A stretch of DNA of 64,000 nt, taken from assembly GCA_033764955.1 (NCBI GenBank), contig JANRIL010000042.1:32001-96000 (forward strand). Direction: 5' to 3'. Below, in pieces: positions 42,941-52,927 of the stretch (position 1 is the stretch's first letter; each line of letters starts with the position of its first letter). The notes beneath the pieces are model-generated. The model saw only the letters and a program-made list of their open reading frames with translations, ran no database searches and had not been told where the DNA came from. The DNA is from Cyanobacteriota bacterium (GTDB taxonomy: Bacteria; Cyanobacteriota; Cyanobacteriia; Thermostichales; Thermostichaceae). Both the position numbers and the translations under genes were made by a program.

Positions 42941-43993
42941 CTATTGAGGTAGCACCTGTACGGAGCTATCCACCGCAAAAGTCACCTGAAAGGTCTCGGC
43001 TTCCCTGGGCAAATCAGTGGGCACCTCTTCCGGCACGTCTGCTAGAGGAGTTTCCCCTTTGCGAGAGGCCGCCGTTTCGTTTTGGGGCACGGCCACAATC
43101 GGGATCCCTTGGGCATCAACGGTGACGGTATAGGTAAGCGGTTGTGGATCGGCGCTTTGGTTTTGCCACTGTTGTTGTAGGGTCTGCTGTAACTGGGCGG
43201 CCAGAGGGCTGAGGGAGGCATCCCTTTCTGTGGAGGCTGACTTGGAGGCTGTGATATCCACCTGAGTCGGAGCTGGTTCCACGGCTGCTGGTGGAGCTGC
43301 TTCCCCAGATTTATTCTCCAACTCTTGGCTGGAATCGGTGGTTTCGGGTAGCGCTGGATTGCCCGGAGCCGCTTGGGTAGAGGCAAGAGCCTCTGGATTA
43401 GCTGGAGTAGCGGCGGGTTCAACCACCTCGCTGGATGCGGTTTGTGACTCGCTGGGCTGAGAGCGATTCACCTGGGTAGCCAGAACGGCAATCGCTCCCG
43501 CTAACCCGATGGATCCCACCAAGAGGGCGGCAATGCCTGGGGCTTGGCTATACCAGGGACGCGCTAGGGTGGGCTTGAGGGAGGTCAGTTGCGGCATATC
43601 GAGGGTGAGAGCCGTCACTGCCTCCATCAGATCAAAGAGCTGGCTCATGGAGAGATCCACCTGACCAATCCCTTCCCCTTGGCGCACCGTCAACCGATGA
43701 AAAATAAAATCGAGGGGGCGAATCGCCACCGTACCGCTAAAAGTACCTTGGGGTTGGCCACGCAGTTGGGCACTGAGATAGCGCTGCGTGACGGCAACCA
43801 GATCATTTAACAGCACAACATCCCCTGTCAAGGTTTTGTAGGCTTCTCCCTGACGAATTTCTAGGGTGCAGGTGAGGGAGCGGCGGATAGCGGCGGGGGA
43901 AGCACTGTCTTTGCTGGTGGTGGCGGATTCTCCAGCAACTTTGAGCAGGCAGGTGGGCTGACGATATTCCTGTTGAATAGTAGTGGTTGGCAT
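42941..43993 (-). CDS. DUF4335-like membrane protein
   Basis: Y.QPTC.L.V.G N-terminus, LSMSQLFDLMEA, TM helix; follows DUF3038 as commonly seen. Confidence 0.75.
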   Translation of the reverse strand: MPTTTIQQEYRQPTCLLKVAGESATTSKDSASPAAIRRSLTCTLEIRQGEAYKTLTGDVVLLNDLVAVTQRYLSAQLRGQPQGTFSGTVAIRPLDFIFHRLTVRQGEGIGQVDLSMSQLFDLMEAVTALTLDMPQLTSLKPTLARPWYSQAPGIAALLVGSIGLAGAIAVLATQVNRSQPSESQTASSEVVEPAATPANPEALASTQAAPGNPALPETTDSSQELENKSGEAAPPAAVEPAPTQVDITASKSASTERDASLSPLAAQLQQTLQQQWQNQSADPQPLTYTVTVDAQGIPIVAVPQNETAASRKGETPLADVPEEVPTDLPREAETFQVTFAVDSSVQVLPQ

Positions 43994-44077
43994 AGCAGAT
44001 GGGGATGAGCGAGGGTAAAAATTCTGGAGGAGAAGCCATAAGCATGGGGGATAACAAGCCGGAGGAATGGGGGATCC

Positions 44078-44692
44078 CTATTCCGCTTGCACTTCCGACG
44101 GCAGCTCTGAGCTTGGGGTTTCTGTTTCCGCTTCTTCTGGCAAGTCCATAGCCGGTCGGCTCAGCAAAGCTGCCCACAAGCGCTGGGCACCATATTTACT
44201 GCTGTAAAAGAGCAGATCCAATAAAATTCGCAGAGCCAGTTCAGTAATTTGATCAGCGGAGCGCTCCTCGCCATCCACCATACGGCTGCGGTAGTGGGAA
44301 TGAAACTCGTCAAGATAGTCGCCGATCAGCGCCTCCCGAAAGGGGGAGCGTTCCTGGGCGACGGCGGTTTCCAGATGCTCAATCGTGGAGCGCAACTTGC
44401 TGTGCCAGTCGAGGGCAAGGTGGCAGATGATCAACACCAGGGCACGCGCCTCTTCGATATCGACTTTCTTGCGTCCACCGGAACTGCGCCGTAGAGGGTT
44501 AGCGTTGCGGAGTCGCCAGAGGTTCACCCGGTCACTCACCCACTGCTCTAATTTGAGGGCTTGAGCGGCATTTAAGACTGCCTCTGAGCTTTCCCCACTT
44601 AGGCACTCTAACCCCAGTAACAAGAGATCGAGTTGGGCTTTGATGGTGCCCGAAGCTGTTGGGATCCCTTCGGGTAACCCTAACGCCTGCAT
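44078..44692 (-). CDS. DUF3038 family protein (likely start MQALGL at 44692)
   Basis: QLDLLLLGLE, DRVNLWRLRNANPLR, EEARALVLII, LLFYS..G..RLW. Confidence 0.88.
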   Translation of the reverse strand: MQALGLPEGIPTASGTIKAQLDLLLLGLECLSGESSEAVLNAAQALKLEQWVSDRVNLWRLRNANPLRRSSGGRKKVDIEEARALVLIICHLALDWHSKLRSTIEHLETAVAQERSPFREALIGDYLDEFHSHYRSRMVDGEERSADQITELALRILLDLLFYSSKYGAQRLWAALLSRPAMDLPEEAETETPSSELPSEVQAE

Positions 44693-45127
44693 AATTGACT
44701 GGTTTGCGTCCACAATGATCCTATCAACACTAACTCCCAAACCCTTATCGTCTCCTGTCTGGGAAAAACCCGCAACCCTAGCCTCCTTTCGGAAGGGGGT
44801 GAGTTGAGGGGGAAAAGACGGCCAATCGCCAGCCCAAGCCTCTGGGAAAGGAGTTGCGGCAGTCAGAGCTATCGGCATCGCCACCATCCATCGTGAAGTC
44901 CAACATCTTGACTGTAATAGGCTGACTTCATCCCAGGCGGCTAGTTGCAGAAAGTGCAACCAAATGATTCGCAAGATCTGAGCTATAGGGGGATCCCAAC
45001 TATCCATCGGCAGGGATCAAAACGGCAAAACCCTGTGGTCTAAAACCTGCCCCAGTCTATCCAACCCATGCTCTAGCTTGACGGTTTCATTCCCACTGGG
45101 CTTATCAATACCGAAGGAGGGAATCAG

Positions 45128-45216
45128 GCAGAACGTTCGCGTTCACTGGACGCAGATAACATCTTGCACCTATAGATATCCTCTCGACGGTCGGCGTGCA
45201 TGAGCGTTGTTAGCTG
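45128..45216 (-). mobile_element. attC-like integron recombination site (89 bp) downstream of the two-gene insert
   Basis: Minus strand CAGCTAAC (R'') ... T(G)CAC/GTGA pairing with an unpaired G ... GTTCTGC (R'); imperfect hairpin of attC size. Confidence 0.65.
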
Positions 45217-45368
45217 GATGTTTTGTAGCAGAACTCTGAAAGCCGGCACATAGACATTTCCTCTAACCATTGGAATACGACCACCTAAATCTTGATATCC
45301 AAACTTTGAGAGGTTTTGGGGTTCTCAAACTAAATTGGAACGCCTATAAGCACAAAGATTTATCTATC

Positions 45369-45854
45369 TTAATTAAAAAGAAACGGCTTAACAGAAGAAA
45401 TCATACGTTTCAACTCAGTTTTGTTGTGCCTGAGAAGATCATGCTCCCATAATCCATCAGTATTATCAGAACAATTAGCTGAAAGAGCCTCTCCAATTGA
45501 TTCCAAACTCTTTCCAAGGCTGCTTCTTAACTCCTCTGGATTAGATAAGACTCCAAGGACAAACACCCTGTCCTTTACATCATCTGGAATCTGTTGCTTT
45601 ACGTAACCAAGGCGATCTTCTTCTCTATCAAAATCAATAAGTAATACAAACCGCCTATTCGGATACTTACGCATTGTAGGTATAAAGCTTGTTGTGAACT
45701 TATCTACTACTACCTTCCATCCACCGACATAGGACAAAACTTGAATTGATCGTGCATTCAGTTGAGGATGAAGCAAAAACCCATTTGCTATGTCTGAGTT
45801 CGCCTCATCTTCGGGCAACACAAGAATATGTGGCAAGTACTTGTTAACGCTCAT
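45369..45854 (-). CDS. Small TOPRIM-like protein, partner of the adjacent ATPase
   Basis: HILVLPED (strand then Glu), GGW turn, VLLIDFD (DxD); ATGA overlap with the ATPase stop. Confidence 0.7.
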   Translation of the reverse strand: MSVNKYLPHILVLPEDEANSDIANGFLLHPQLNARSIQVLSYVGGWKVVVDKFTTSFIPTMRKYPNRRFVLLIDFDREEDRLGYVKQQIPDDVKDRVFVLGVLSNPEELRSSLGKSLESIGEALSANCSDNTDGLWEHDLLRHNKTELKRMISSVKPFLFN

Positions 45855-46954
45855 AACTCTGTATCACCAAGGATTAAGCTATCTATAAGATCGCCACTAA
45901 TAGATACTTCACTCAGTGATCGGATCAAAGTTGGTTCTAGATGGCTTTTCCTGTCAAGCAAAAAAGTGTTTTCACTCGAAAATTTTCGGATAGCCTCCTG
46001 ATTGTGCGAAGTTGCCAAAAGTTGCCCACTATTTTTGAAAGAACGTCGTAGTGAAACAATGAAATGTCCAACCTCTGATAAAGAGAGATAGTTGTCAGGC
46101 TCGTCCCAAAAGCAAAAAAGCGGACCGTAGTGTTTGTTGGCAGCCAGGACAACTGCACAAAGGAAAAAGCATTTCTCTCCATCAGATAAGTCTTTAAATT
46201 CAATAGTAAAGTTTCTATCATTCTTTTCAAAGCTGACGATCGTACTCTTGAAGTTTCTGCTGACCGATTGATTTTGAATATCGCTAATATCAGGCATTAC
46301 TACTTGAAGATATTTCTTTATCTCTGTATAAGCAGCGGGATAACGGCTCAGCAAGCCTGAGAACCACTCTCCAAAATTTGAACCATCTCGCTTTGGCTCC
46401 AAAGTTTCACCCTGGGAGTCTCCAGTTATCAAGCTCGGAATTGGAGCTAGAATAATCATTCGTGCAAGCCAAGTTCTGAAAATACAGAGCGGATCAGTTT
46501 CCGATTGTTCCTGAATCACCGGAAGAGCAATAAGATGCCAATCCATTAAGAACTGAGCCTCTGGATTGCGTGAAGTGAGAGTGACTTGGGCTTCTTTTCT
46601 AGAGTAAACTGACTTTCCTGAAACTAGTAATTGTTCTTCAAACACCCGAAGTTCTCTGAAATCTTCTGGCAACTCCAGTGCAAGCATATACTTATACAAC
46701 TTATTTTTAATTAGCACCTCTATTTCAAATCGAATTGGGACATTAGATCTGTTAGGGGAAAAGTCTTTGGGTTGAACCAGTTGCCTAACTCTATTGACAC
46801 CTCGACCAATGCTCTGAAATAGCTCTAGTGAACTAGCAATAGTTGATTTACCTGCACCGTTTCTTCCGATTAAAAGAGCAGATGACATTTCCCTAAGAGA
46901 AAATTCAAAATTTTCCAGACATCTGAAGTTGTGTACATACAGCCTTTGGAGCAT
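45851..46954 (-). CDS. Soluble ABC-type ATPase (AAA_21/AAA_15-like)
   Basis: VHNFRCL N-terminus, Walker A GRNGAGKS, signature LSDGEK, Walker B/D-loop FWDEPDNYL, H-loop TSHN; likely start MLQRLY. Confidence 0.92.
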   Translation of the reverse strand: MLQRLYVHNFRCLENFEFSLREMSSALLIGRNGAGKSTIASSLELFQSIGRGVNRVRQLVQPKDFSPNRSNVPIRFEIEVLIKNKLYKYMLALELPEDFRELRVFEEQLLVSGKSVYSRKEAQVTLTSRNPEAQFLMDWHLIALPVIQEQSETDPLCIFRTWLARMIILAPIPSLITGDSQGETLEPKRDGSNFGEWFSGLLSRYPAAYTEIKKYLQVVMPDISDIQNQSVSRNFKSTIVSFEKNDRNFTIEFKDLSDGEKCFFLCAVVLAANKHYGPLFCFWDEPDNYLSLSEVGHFIVSLRRSFKNSGQLLATSHNQEAIRKFSSENTFLLDRKSHLEPTLIRSLSEVSISGDLIDSLILGDTEL

Positions 46955-47072
46955 AGAAAAGTAACTCTGAGTTCTTGGAAAATAAAGGTTTTTGAGACAA
47001 CCTAATTTAATCAATTTACACTATTGACAACTCTTAGCGAAGCTGTATACGGAACCCAGAGACTCTGAGGCT

Positions 47073-47097
47073 TCCAGCTAACAACAGGCTAAGCGGC
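47073..47097 (-). mobile_element. Right half of an attC-like site upstream of the insert
   Basis: Minus strand GCCGCTTAGCCTGTT-GTTAGCTGGA resembles an L'-spacer-R' end; its core is the reverse complement of the R'' at 45206-45218. Confidence 0.55.
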
Positions 47098-47130
47098 AAG
47101 GCTGTCCTACGCCAGCAAGGGTAGAGCCAG

Positions 47131-48300
47131 CTAGCAACTGGCCAATACCCGTAAAATTTCACTGGCGGCTCGATCCAAAACCCCCGGCTCCCCTAACGCT
47201 AAGCGCATCTGCTGATAGTCCTGCTGCATCTGTTGACGGCGTTGGGGGTTAGTCAGGAGCGCCAGGGCTTCCTCCGCAATCCGCGAGGGTTGCGCCTCCT
47301 CTTGAAACAGTTCCGGCACAATCAGACGCATCTGTACCAAATTAGGGGGAGACATAAACGGGATGGAAAAATTGAGGATCGTTTTGCCAATCCAATAAGT
47401 GAGGCGGCTGACCCGATAGACCACCACCTGCGGGATCCCTAAAATCGCTGACTCCAGGTTGACGGTTCCCGATTTCGCCACAATCAAATCTGCTGCCGCC
47501 AAGATCGTCTGGTGTTCGCGGGATCCCTGTGGTTTGAGCAGGGTAATCTCAATCTCCTGCTGTTTAGCCAACTTTAAGAGAGGGGGAGCAAACCGCTCTG
47601 CCGCCAAGGGCAACCAAAACTTCACCTGAGGAAGCTGCTGTTGGAGGAGACGAGCCGCCGCGAAAATGACGGGAGCCACATGCCGCAGTTCTTGATTGCG
47701 AGAGGCCGGGAATAGCATGACCGCCATCTGATCCGCCGGGATCCCCAAATGCTGGCGAGCCTGAAGGCGATCGGGGGCGGCAGACAGAATATCGAGGAGG
47801 GGATGCCCAACCCAGCGCACATTTCCTCCGGCAGCTTCATAAAACTCGGCCTCTTGGGGAAAGATGGCCAGCATCAAGCGCATCCGTTCCGCCAATTGAA
47901 AGCTAATGCGCGAGCTAGTCGTCCAAATCCATTCTTGGGGAGCAATGTAATAGATGGCGGGGATCCCTTGGCGCTGGAGAACCGATGAAAGGCGACTGTT
48001 CACCCCGATGTAGTCTACCAAGACACACAAATCCGGTCTGTCTCTAGCTAAAAAGCGACGAATCCGCCACTCCACCCAAAGGGCGGGGCCAATAAAGGGT
48101 AGCGCCTCAACAATGCCAATCGAGCTGATCGCCGTCGTTTTTTGCAGGAGGGTGGCTCCCGCCGCCGCCATCCGCTCCCCCCCCACGGCAGTAATGCGGA
48201 GATGGGGATCCCGGCGGAGCAGGGCTTGAATTAAATAGCTCGCTTGGAGATCCCCTGAGATTTCTCCGGTGCAAACCAACAGATGGGGGGAGTTTGCCAT
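47131..48300 (-). CDS. lpxB: Lipid-A-disaccharide synthase
   Basis: GEISGDL, YYIAPQEWIW, VGHPL, PASR.QE, KSGTVNLE. Confidence 0.96.
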   Translation of the reverse strand: MANSPHLLVCTGEISGDLQASYLIQALLRRDPHLRITAVGGERMAAAGATLLQKTTAISSIGIVEALPFIGPALWVEWRIRRFLARDRPDLCVLVDYIGVNSRLSSVLQRQGIPAIYYIAPQEWIWTTSSRISFQLAERMRLMLAIFPQEAEFYEAAGGNVRWVGHPLLDILSAAPDRLQARQHLGIPADQMAVMLFPASRNQELRHVAPVIFAAARLLQQQLPQVKFWLPLAAERFAPPLLKLAKQQEIEITLLKPQGSREHQTILAAADLIVAKSGTVNLESAILGIPQVVVYRVSRLTYWIGKTILNFSIPFMSPPNLVQMRLIVPELFQEEAQPSRIAEEALALLTNPQRRQQMQQDYQQMRLALGEPGVLDRAASEILRVLASC

Positions 48301-48350
48301 AACCATACATCACACTCTGTCAAGAGTTGCCTGCGGATCCCGGTCTGGAC

Positions 48351-49205
48351 TCAATCGGCATCCGTTTCATCGGCAGATCGGGATCCCCGTTGGGGGGGCA
48401 AGGGACCACGCCGTTGCGGTTGGGTTAGGGAGGCTTCTAAAAAGTGCAGTAAATGCAAGATCTCTTGTGAATCCGCACTGTCTCGCAGGGTTTGCAGAGC
48501 TTTGTCGAGAAGGAGGTCTGAGCGATAGAGCACCCGATAAGCCGCTTTGAGCTTGGTCAGAGAAATCCCCGCCGACTGCGCCCGCTTTAGCCCCACCAGA
48601 TTTAGCCCACGGATCCGCCCTGGATGGCCTTCCACGCGCATGTAGGGGGGGACATCTCGATCGATCCGACTCATCGCCCCCACCATCGCCAGCTTGCCAA
48701 TATGGGTAAATTGATGGATGCCAACCATACCGCCAATGCGAGCCTGGGACTCTATATGGATATGTCCGGCCAAAGAAACGGCATTGGTGATGATCACCTG
48801 GTCTTCGATCACACAGTTATGGGCAACATGCACATAAGCCATCAACAAATTCTCATTGCCGATCACCGTCGCTTCCTCAGCATGGGTGGCTCGATGAATG
48901 GTTACATACTCACGGATGCGATTGTCATTGCCAATGATCAGGCGAGTAGCAGCTCCTCCATACTTGAGATCTTGGGGTTCCATGCCCAAAACCGCCCCTG
49001 GAAAGATCTGGTTGCGTTCCCCTATCGTGGTCCAGCCGTCAATTACCACCTGCGGGCCAATCACCGTATCGGCTCCGATCTGCACATGTTCACCAATCAC
49101 ACTGTGGGGACCCACTCTCACGCTTTCATGCAGTTGGGCGCGGGGATGAATCACTGAGGTAGGGTGGATCCGCCCTTGAGAATCCGAGGAAGAGAGAGAA
49201 CTCAT
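48351..49205 (-). CDS. lpxA: UDP-N-acetylglucosamine O-acyltransferase
   Basis: Hexapeptide repeats, PQDLKY, IREYVTIHRAT, HVAHNC, IHQF. Confidence 0.97.
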   Translation of the reverse strand: MSSLSSSDSQGRIHPTSVIHPRAQLHESVRVGPHSVIGEHVQIGADTVIGPQVVIDGWTTIGERNQIFPGAVLGMEPQDLKYGGAATRLIIGNDNRIREYVTIHRATHAEEATVIGNENLLMAYVHVAHNCVIEDQVIITNAVSLAGHIHIESQARIGGMVGIHQFTHIGKLAMVGAMSRIDRDVPPYMRVEGHPGRIRGLNLVGLKRAQSAGISLTKLKAAYRVLYRSDLLLDKALQTLRDSADSQEILHLLHFLEASLTQPQRRGPLPPQRGSRSADETDAD

Positions 49206-49281
49206 TGTTAACCCAGCAAGCAAACGTGGTTGAGCTCCAAACCTCTGCTTAATAACTGTAATGCCAACACTGCCAATTTGC

Positions 49282-49767
49282 CTAATCCACCAACGAAAAC
49301 ATCAGTTCGCCTTCCGTGACCAACTGCCCAGCCACCTGGGCACGGCAAAACATCTTGCCCACCCGCTTTTGTCGAATCGCCAATAATTGTGCTGACAAAA
49401 TCAGTTGATCCCCCGGCACAACCGGACGGCGAAAGCGAATGCCATCAATTCCAGCAAATAAAGCCAGACGCCCCGCCGCATCGGGAATTTTGGTCAGGAC
49501 AATCCCTCCTACCTGTGCCATCGCCTCTACAATCAAAACCCCCGGCATAATCGGGCGTCCTGGAAAATGTCCTTGAAAGAAAGGTTCATTAAAAGTCACA
49601 TTTTTGAGACCCACGGCACTTTCGCCCGGTAGATAGCGAATGATCCGATCCACCAACAAAAAAGGATAACGGTGGGGCAGGATATCCAGAATTTGTTCAG
49701 CGGTGAAAATAGCAGGATCAGAGGGATCGTAGCGATCCTCAACTTCGGCTGGAGATTCAACAGACAT
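49282..49767 (-). CDS. fabZ: 3-hydroxyacyl-ACP dehydratase
   Basis: [32 protein letters not shown]. Confidence 0.98.
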   Translation of the reverse strand: MSVESPAEVEDRYDPSDPAIFTAEQILDILPHRYPFLLVDRIIRYLPGESAVGLKNVTFNEPFFQGHFPGRPIMPGVLIVEAMAQVGGIVLTKIPDAAGRLALFAGIDGIRFRRPVVPGDQLILSAQLLAIRQKRVGKMFCRAQVAGQLVTEGELMFSLVD

Positions 49768-49795
49768 AGACAAAACATCGTCAGAAGAACAGGGC

Positions 49796-50683
49796 TTAAC
49801 AAAAGCAGGGCTGCGGATCGGAGGAGGGCAACACACCACTCGCCAACAGTTGATGGGCTAATTGGTGATGTAAGGTATGTCCAGCTCGATAGGCCAGGAT
49901 ATGCCCTTGTAGGCGGACTCCCAGCAAGCTCAGATCTCCTAGTAAATCTATCAGTTTATGGCGCACCGGTTCGTTATCAAATCGCAAGGGGGTAAGCCAT
50001 CCCTCTGCATGGCAAACAATGGCGTTGTCGAGGCTGCCGCCTTTGATCAAACCCGCTTGTTGTGCTTTTTCGATGTCCTGTTGGCGGGTAAAGGTGCGAG
50101 CTGGGGCAAGATCTTCCACAAAACTCTCGGCACTAAAATTCCAGCTCAACCACTGGCAGCCAATCGGGGAGTCGGCAAAATCAATTCCATAGGTGAAGCG
50201 TAGTCCAGGGGAGGGCAGGGCGCTGATAAAGGCTTCCCCCTGACAAACAGTGATGGGACTTGGGATCCCGACCACCACCCCTAAGGCGGCTTGGCGACGC
50301 ACCCCTGCCTGCAAAATGGCTTCTACCCACGGCAGAGCCGATCCATCCAAAATCGGGATCTCTGGACCATCTACCTCAATTCGACAGTTATCAATCCCTA
50401 AAACGGCCAGAGCCGCCAGCAAATGTTCGGTGGTTTGAATATGGGCGGATCCCTGCTGCAAGCGGGTGGAGAGGTTGGCGGGGCTAACCTGGCGGAGATG
50501 AGCCGGAATAACCGGGGATCCTGGGAGATCGCGGCGGATAAACAGCCGCCCTTCCCCAACCTCGGCTGGTGAGAGACGACACTCGATCCATGCGCCACTA
50601 TGTAAACCGATGCCCCGGCGGATGATAGTAGTGGCAAGGGTACCTTGGGCGGGAGAAAAACGGGCAGTCATAGAGCCAGTCAT
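49796..50683 (-). CDS. lpxC: UDP-3-O-acyl-GlcNAc deacetylase
   Basis: [48 protein letters not shown]. Confidence 0.97.
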   Translation of the reverse strand: MTGSMTARFSPAQGTLATTIIRRGIGLHSGAWIECRLSPAEVGEGRLFIRRDLPGSPVIPAHLRQVSPANLSTRLQQGSAHIQTTEHLLAALAVLGIDNCRIEVDGPEIPILDGSALPWVEAILQAGVRRQAALGVVVGIPSPITVCQGEAFISALPSPGLRFTYGIDFADSPIGCQWLSWNFSAESFVEDLAPARTFTRQQDIEKAQQAGLIKGGSLDNAIVCHAEGWLTPLRFDNEPVRHKLIDLLGDLSLLGVRLQGHILAYRAGHTLHHQLAHQLLASGVLPSSDPQPCFC

Positions 50684-50965
50684 CAGGTGAAGCCGCATCA
50701 GAGTAGCACACTTAACCGAGTGAGTCCCAGCCAGAGGGATCCCTGGACAAGTCAGCAGAATGGTTTCCTAACATTTCACAAACCTGAGTTTTTCTCAATT
50801 TTGCCTCAGGAAGTAAATCGACCCTGGTAGCATAAGGGGGGGTAGCGCCCTGTTTTGTTCACCCCTTTGTTTGAGACGCTTAGTCTCTTAAATCCTGATC
50901 AGCCGCTTAGTTTTCAATCAAAATTTTGACGTTGGTGTGTACCGTTTTGGAATGGAGGCAGCATC

Positions 50966-51598
50966 ATGTTTAATGAAAACCCTAGAGATCCAGCAACGCT
51001 AATTAGTCAAGGATACACGTTTCAGCCCACGCAATATATTGGTCAAGGCTGGGAGATCTTGAAGCCGATTTTGGGTCTGATGATTGGGTTTACGGTAGTC
51101 AGCATCATCATTAACATTGGCTTGGGTTTTATCCCCAGAGCTGGCAGTCTACTCAGCGTCGTGATCGCTGGTCCCTTGAACGCTGGTTTTTTCATCGTTG
51201 CCTTCCGGCATATCCGTCGCCAGTCTACTGACTTTGCCCGTTTCTTTGATGGCTTTCAGAATTTTCTACCCCTATTTTTAGCCAACCTACTGGTTACCAT
51301 TTTTACGGCGATTGGCACGCTTCTGCTAATTCTGCCCGGAATTTATCTGGGGGTTTCTTATCTATTTGCGTTGCCGTTGGTTGTGGATCGCAACCTAGAT
51401 TTTTGGGAAGCTATGGAAACTAGCCGTCAGGTGGTGGGGAAAAACTGGTTTGGGGTGTTCATTTTTGGTCTGTTGCTGGTTTTAATCAATGTTGCAGGAG
51501 CCCTCCTCTTGGGAGTGGGGCTTTTGTTTACGATTCCTTTAACGACCTGTGCGGTGGTAGCGGCTTATCGGGATATTTTTGGCCTGCGTACAGCGTAG
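50966..51598 (+). CDS. Integral membrane protein (DUF975/YciC-like)
   Basis: Multiple TM helices, LLILPGIYL, EAMETSR motif; GGAGG RBS. Confidence 0.75.
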   Translation: MFNENPRDPATLISQGYTFQPTQYIGQGWEILKPILGLMIGFTVVSIIINIGLGFIPRAGSLLSVVIAGPLNAGFFIVAFRHIRRQSTDFARFFDGFQNFLPLFLANLLVTIFTAIGTLLLILPGIYLGVSYLFALPLVVDRNLDFWEAMETSRQVVGKNWFGVFIFGLLLVLINVAGALLLGVGLLFTIPLTTCAVVAAYRDIFGLRTA

Positions 51599-51674
51599 TG
51601 AAAATACGGCGCAGTTCATGAAACATAGGCAGCTACTGGCTTGAGTGAGGCAATTCAGACTATTGTTGGGGTTT

Positions 51675-51959
51675 TCATTTTAGGGGGTGAACCTCTGTGA
51701 GCAATTTTTCTACACGTGCTTCATCTACGCGGGTGGTTAGTCGTTGGGATTCCTGTTGATCTCGCAGGGTTTTCGCTAACGTAAATGAAGAGGTGACGGC
51801 GTAGAGTAAGCCAATTCCGACAAATGCTTTTTGCCAAGCATCGGTTTCCAGATAAAGGATCCCGACCGTAGCTGCCGTTGTAGAAATTATAAAGGAGGCC
51901 CACACTTGTAAAACCCAGCTTGTTGTGTCTTTTGCCCGACCAATTGTAATGTGTTGCAT
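51675..51959 (-). CDS. YiaA/YiaB-family two-helix inner membrane protein
   Basis: W..QVW.SF...GILYL..D.W.KAF...SSFTLAKTLRD; AGGAGG upstream of MQHITI. Confidence 0.82.
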   Translation of the reverse strand: MQHITIGRAKDTTSWVLQVWASFIISTTAATVGILYLETDAWQKAFVGIGLLYAVTSSFTLAKTLRDQQESQRLTTRVDEARVEKLLTEVHPLK

Positions 51960-52117
51960 AGGAACCTCCTTGCTCTCTTCCAATTCATGGGTCTCGTTCA
52001 CCCGATGCTTTTGATGATAGTGAGCCAATGGGGAGATAGATTGAGAAGAATGGACAGATTTATAACTGTCCACCCTATGGTTGATTGGCTGCCAATGTTC
52101 CCGATTCCTTACCCCAG

Positions 52118-52753
52118 ATGCTCATAACCTACCCCGATCCAGACAACCCCCACCCCTTAGCAGAGTTCCCTCAAGTTTGTTTTATCAAAAATACAGTTTC
52201 TAATCCCAATATTATTGTTGGAGACTATACCTACTATGATGATCCTGAAGATTCTGAAAATTTTGAGAGAAATGTGCTGTATCACTTTCCATTTATTGGC
52301 GACAAGCTAATCATTGGCAGGTTTTGTGCTCTTTCAAGAGAAATTAAATTCATCATGAATGGGGCTAACCACAAAATGTCAGGGTTCTCAACCTACCCAT
52401 TTGAAATTTTTGGGCAGGGATGGCAACAAATCCAGCCTCAACCTCATGAATATCCCTTTAAGGGGGATACGGTAGTTGGTCATGATGTTTGGATTGGCTA
52501 TCGATCGGTTATTATGCCGGGGGTTCAAATCGGAAGTGGAGCGATTATTGCCGCTAATGCAACGGTTACTAAAGATATCCCCCCCTATACGATTGTTGGA
52601 GGTTGCCCAGCCACAGCGATTCGGCAACGCTACCCAGACTCCGTAGTTGATGCCCTGCTAGCGATTGCTTGGTGGGATTGGGAGATCGAGAAAATTACTC
52701 GCAACTTGCATCATATTGTGGGCGGTGACCTGGCGGCGTTACAAGCCTGTTAA
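52118..52753 (+). CDS. Vat/CatB-like xenobiotic O-acetyltransferase (hexapeptide repeat)
   Basis: NIIVGDYTYYDD, DKLIIGRFC, FIMNGANH, STYPF, GHDVWIG, WWDW. Confidence 0.92.
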   Translation: MLITYPDPDNPHPLAEFPQVCFIKNTVSNPNIIVGDYTYYDDPEDSENFERNVLYHFPFIGDKLIIGRFCALSREIKFIMNGANHKMSGFSTYPFEIFGQGWQQIQPQPHEYPFKGDTVVGHDVWIGYRSVIMPGVQIGSGAIIAANATVTKDIPPYTIVGGCPATAIRQRYPDSVVDALLAIAWWDWEIEKITRNLHHIVGGDLAALQAC

Positions 52754-52927
52754 TCTTGCAAAAGCATCACTCTTATGGGTTAAAGAAGAGATGTTTGAGA
52801 GCCTTTTGACCAGGGATCCGCTTTGCTCGCAATGAAACACAGAATCATTGGGGAGCAATCTTTGCGCTAGGCCAAATAAGAAAATAATGGATCCCGAAGC
52901 AAGGTAGGATCAGTAGCGCTTGAGTCT

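Noticed and set aside
44700..44870. 6S RNA, RNase P RNA or c-di-GMP riboswitch
   Set aside because: Only a short GGGAAAGGAGT resemblance and a GAAA tetraloop; the diagnostic motifs are missing.
44693..45007. 105-aa N-terminal extension of the DUF3038 ORF
   Set aside because: Recognisable DUF3038 sequence starts after MQALGL; the extension looks like chance open frame.
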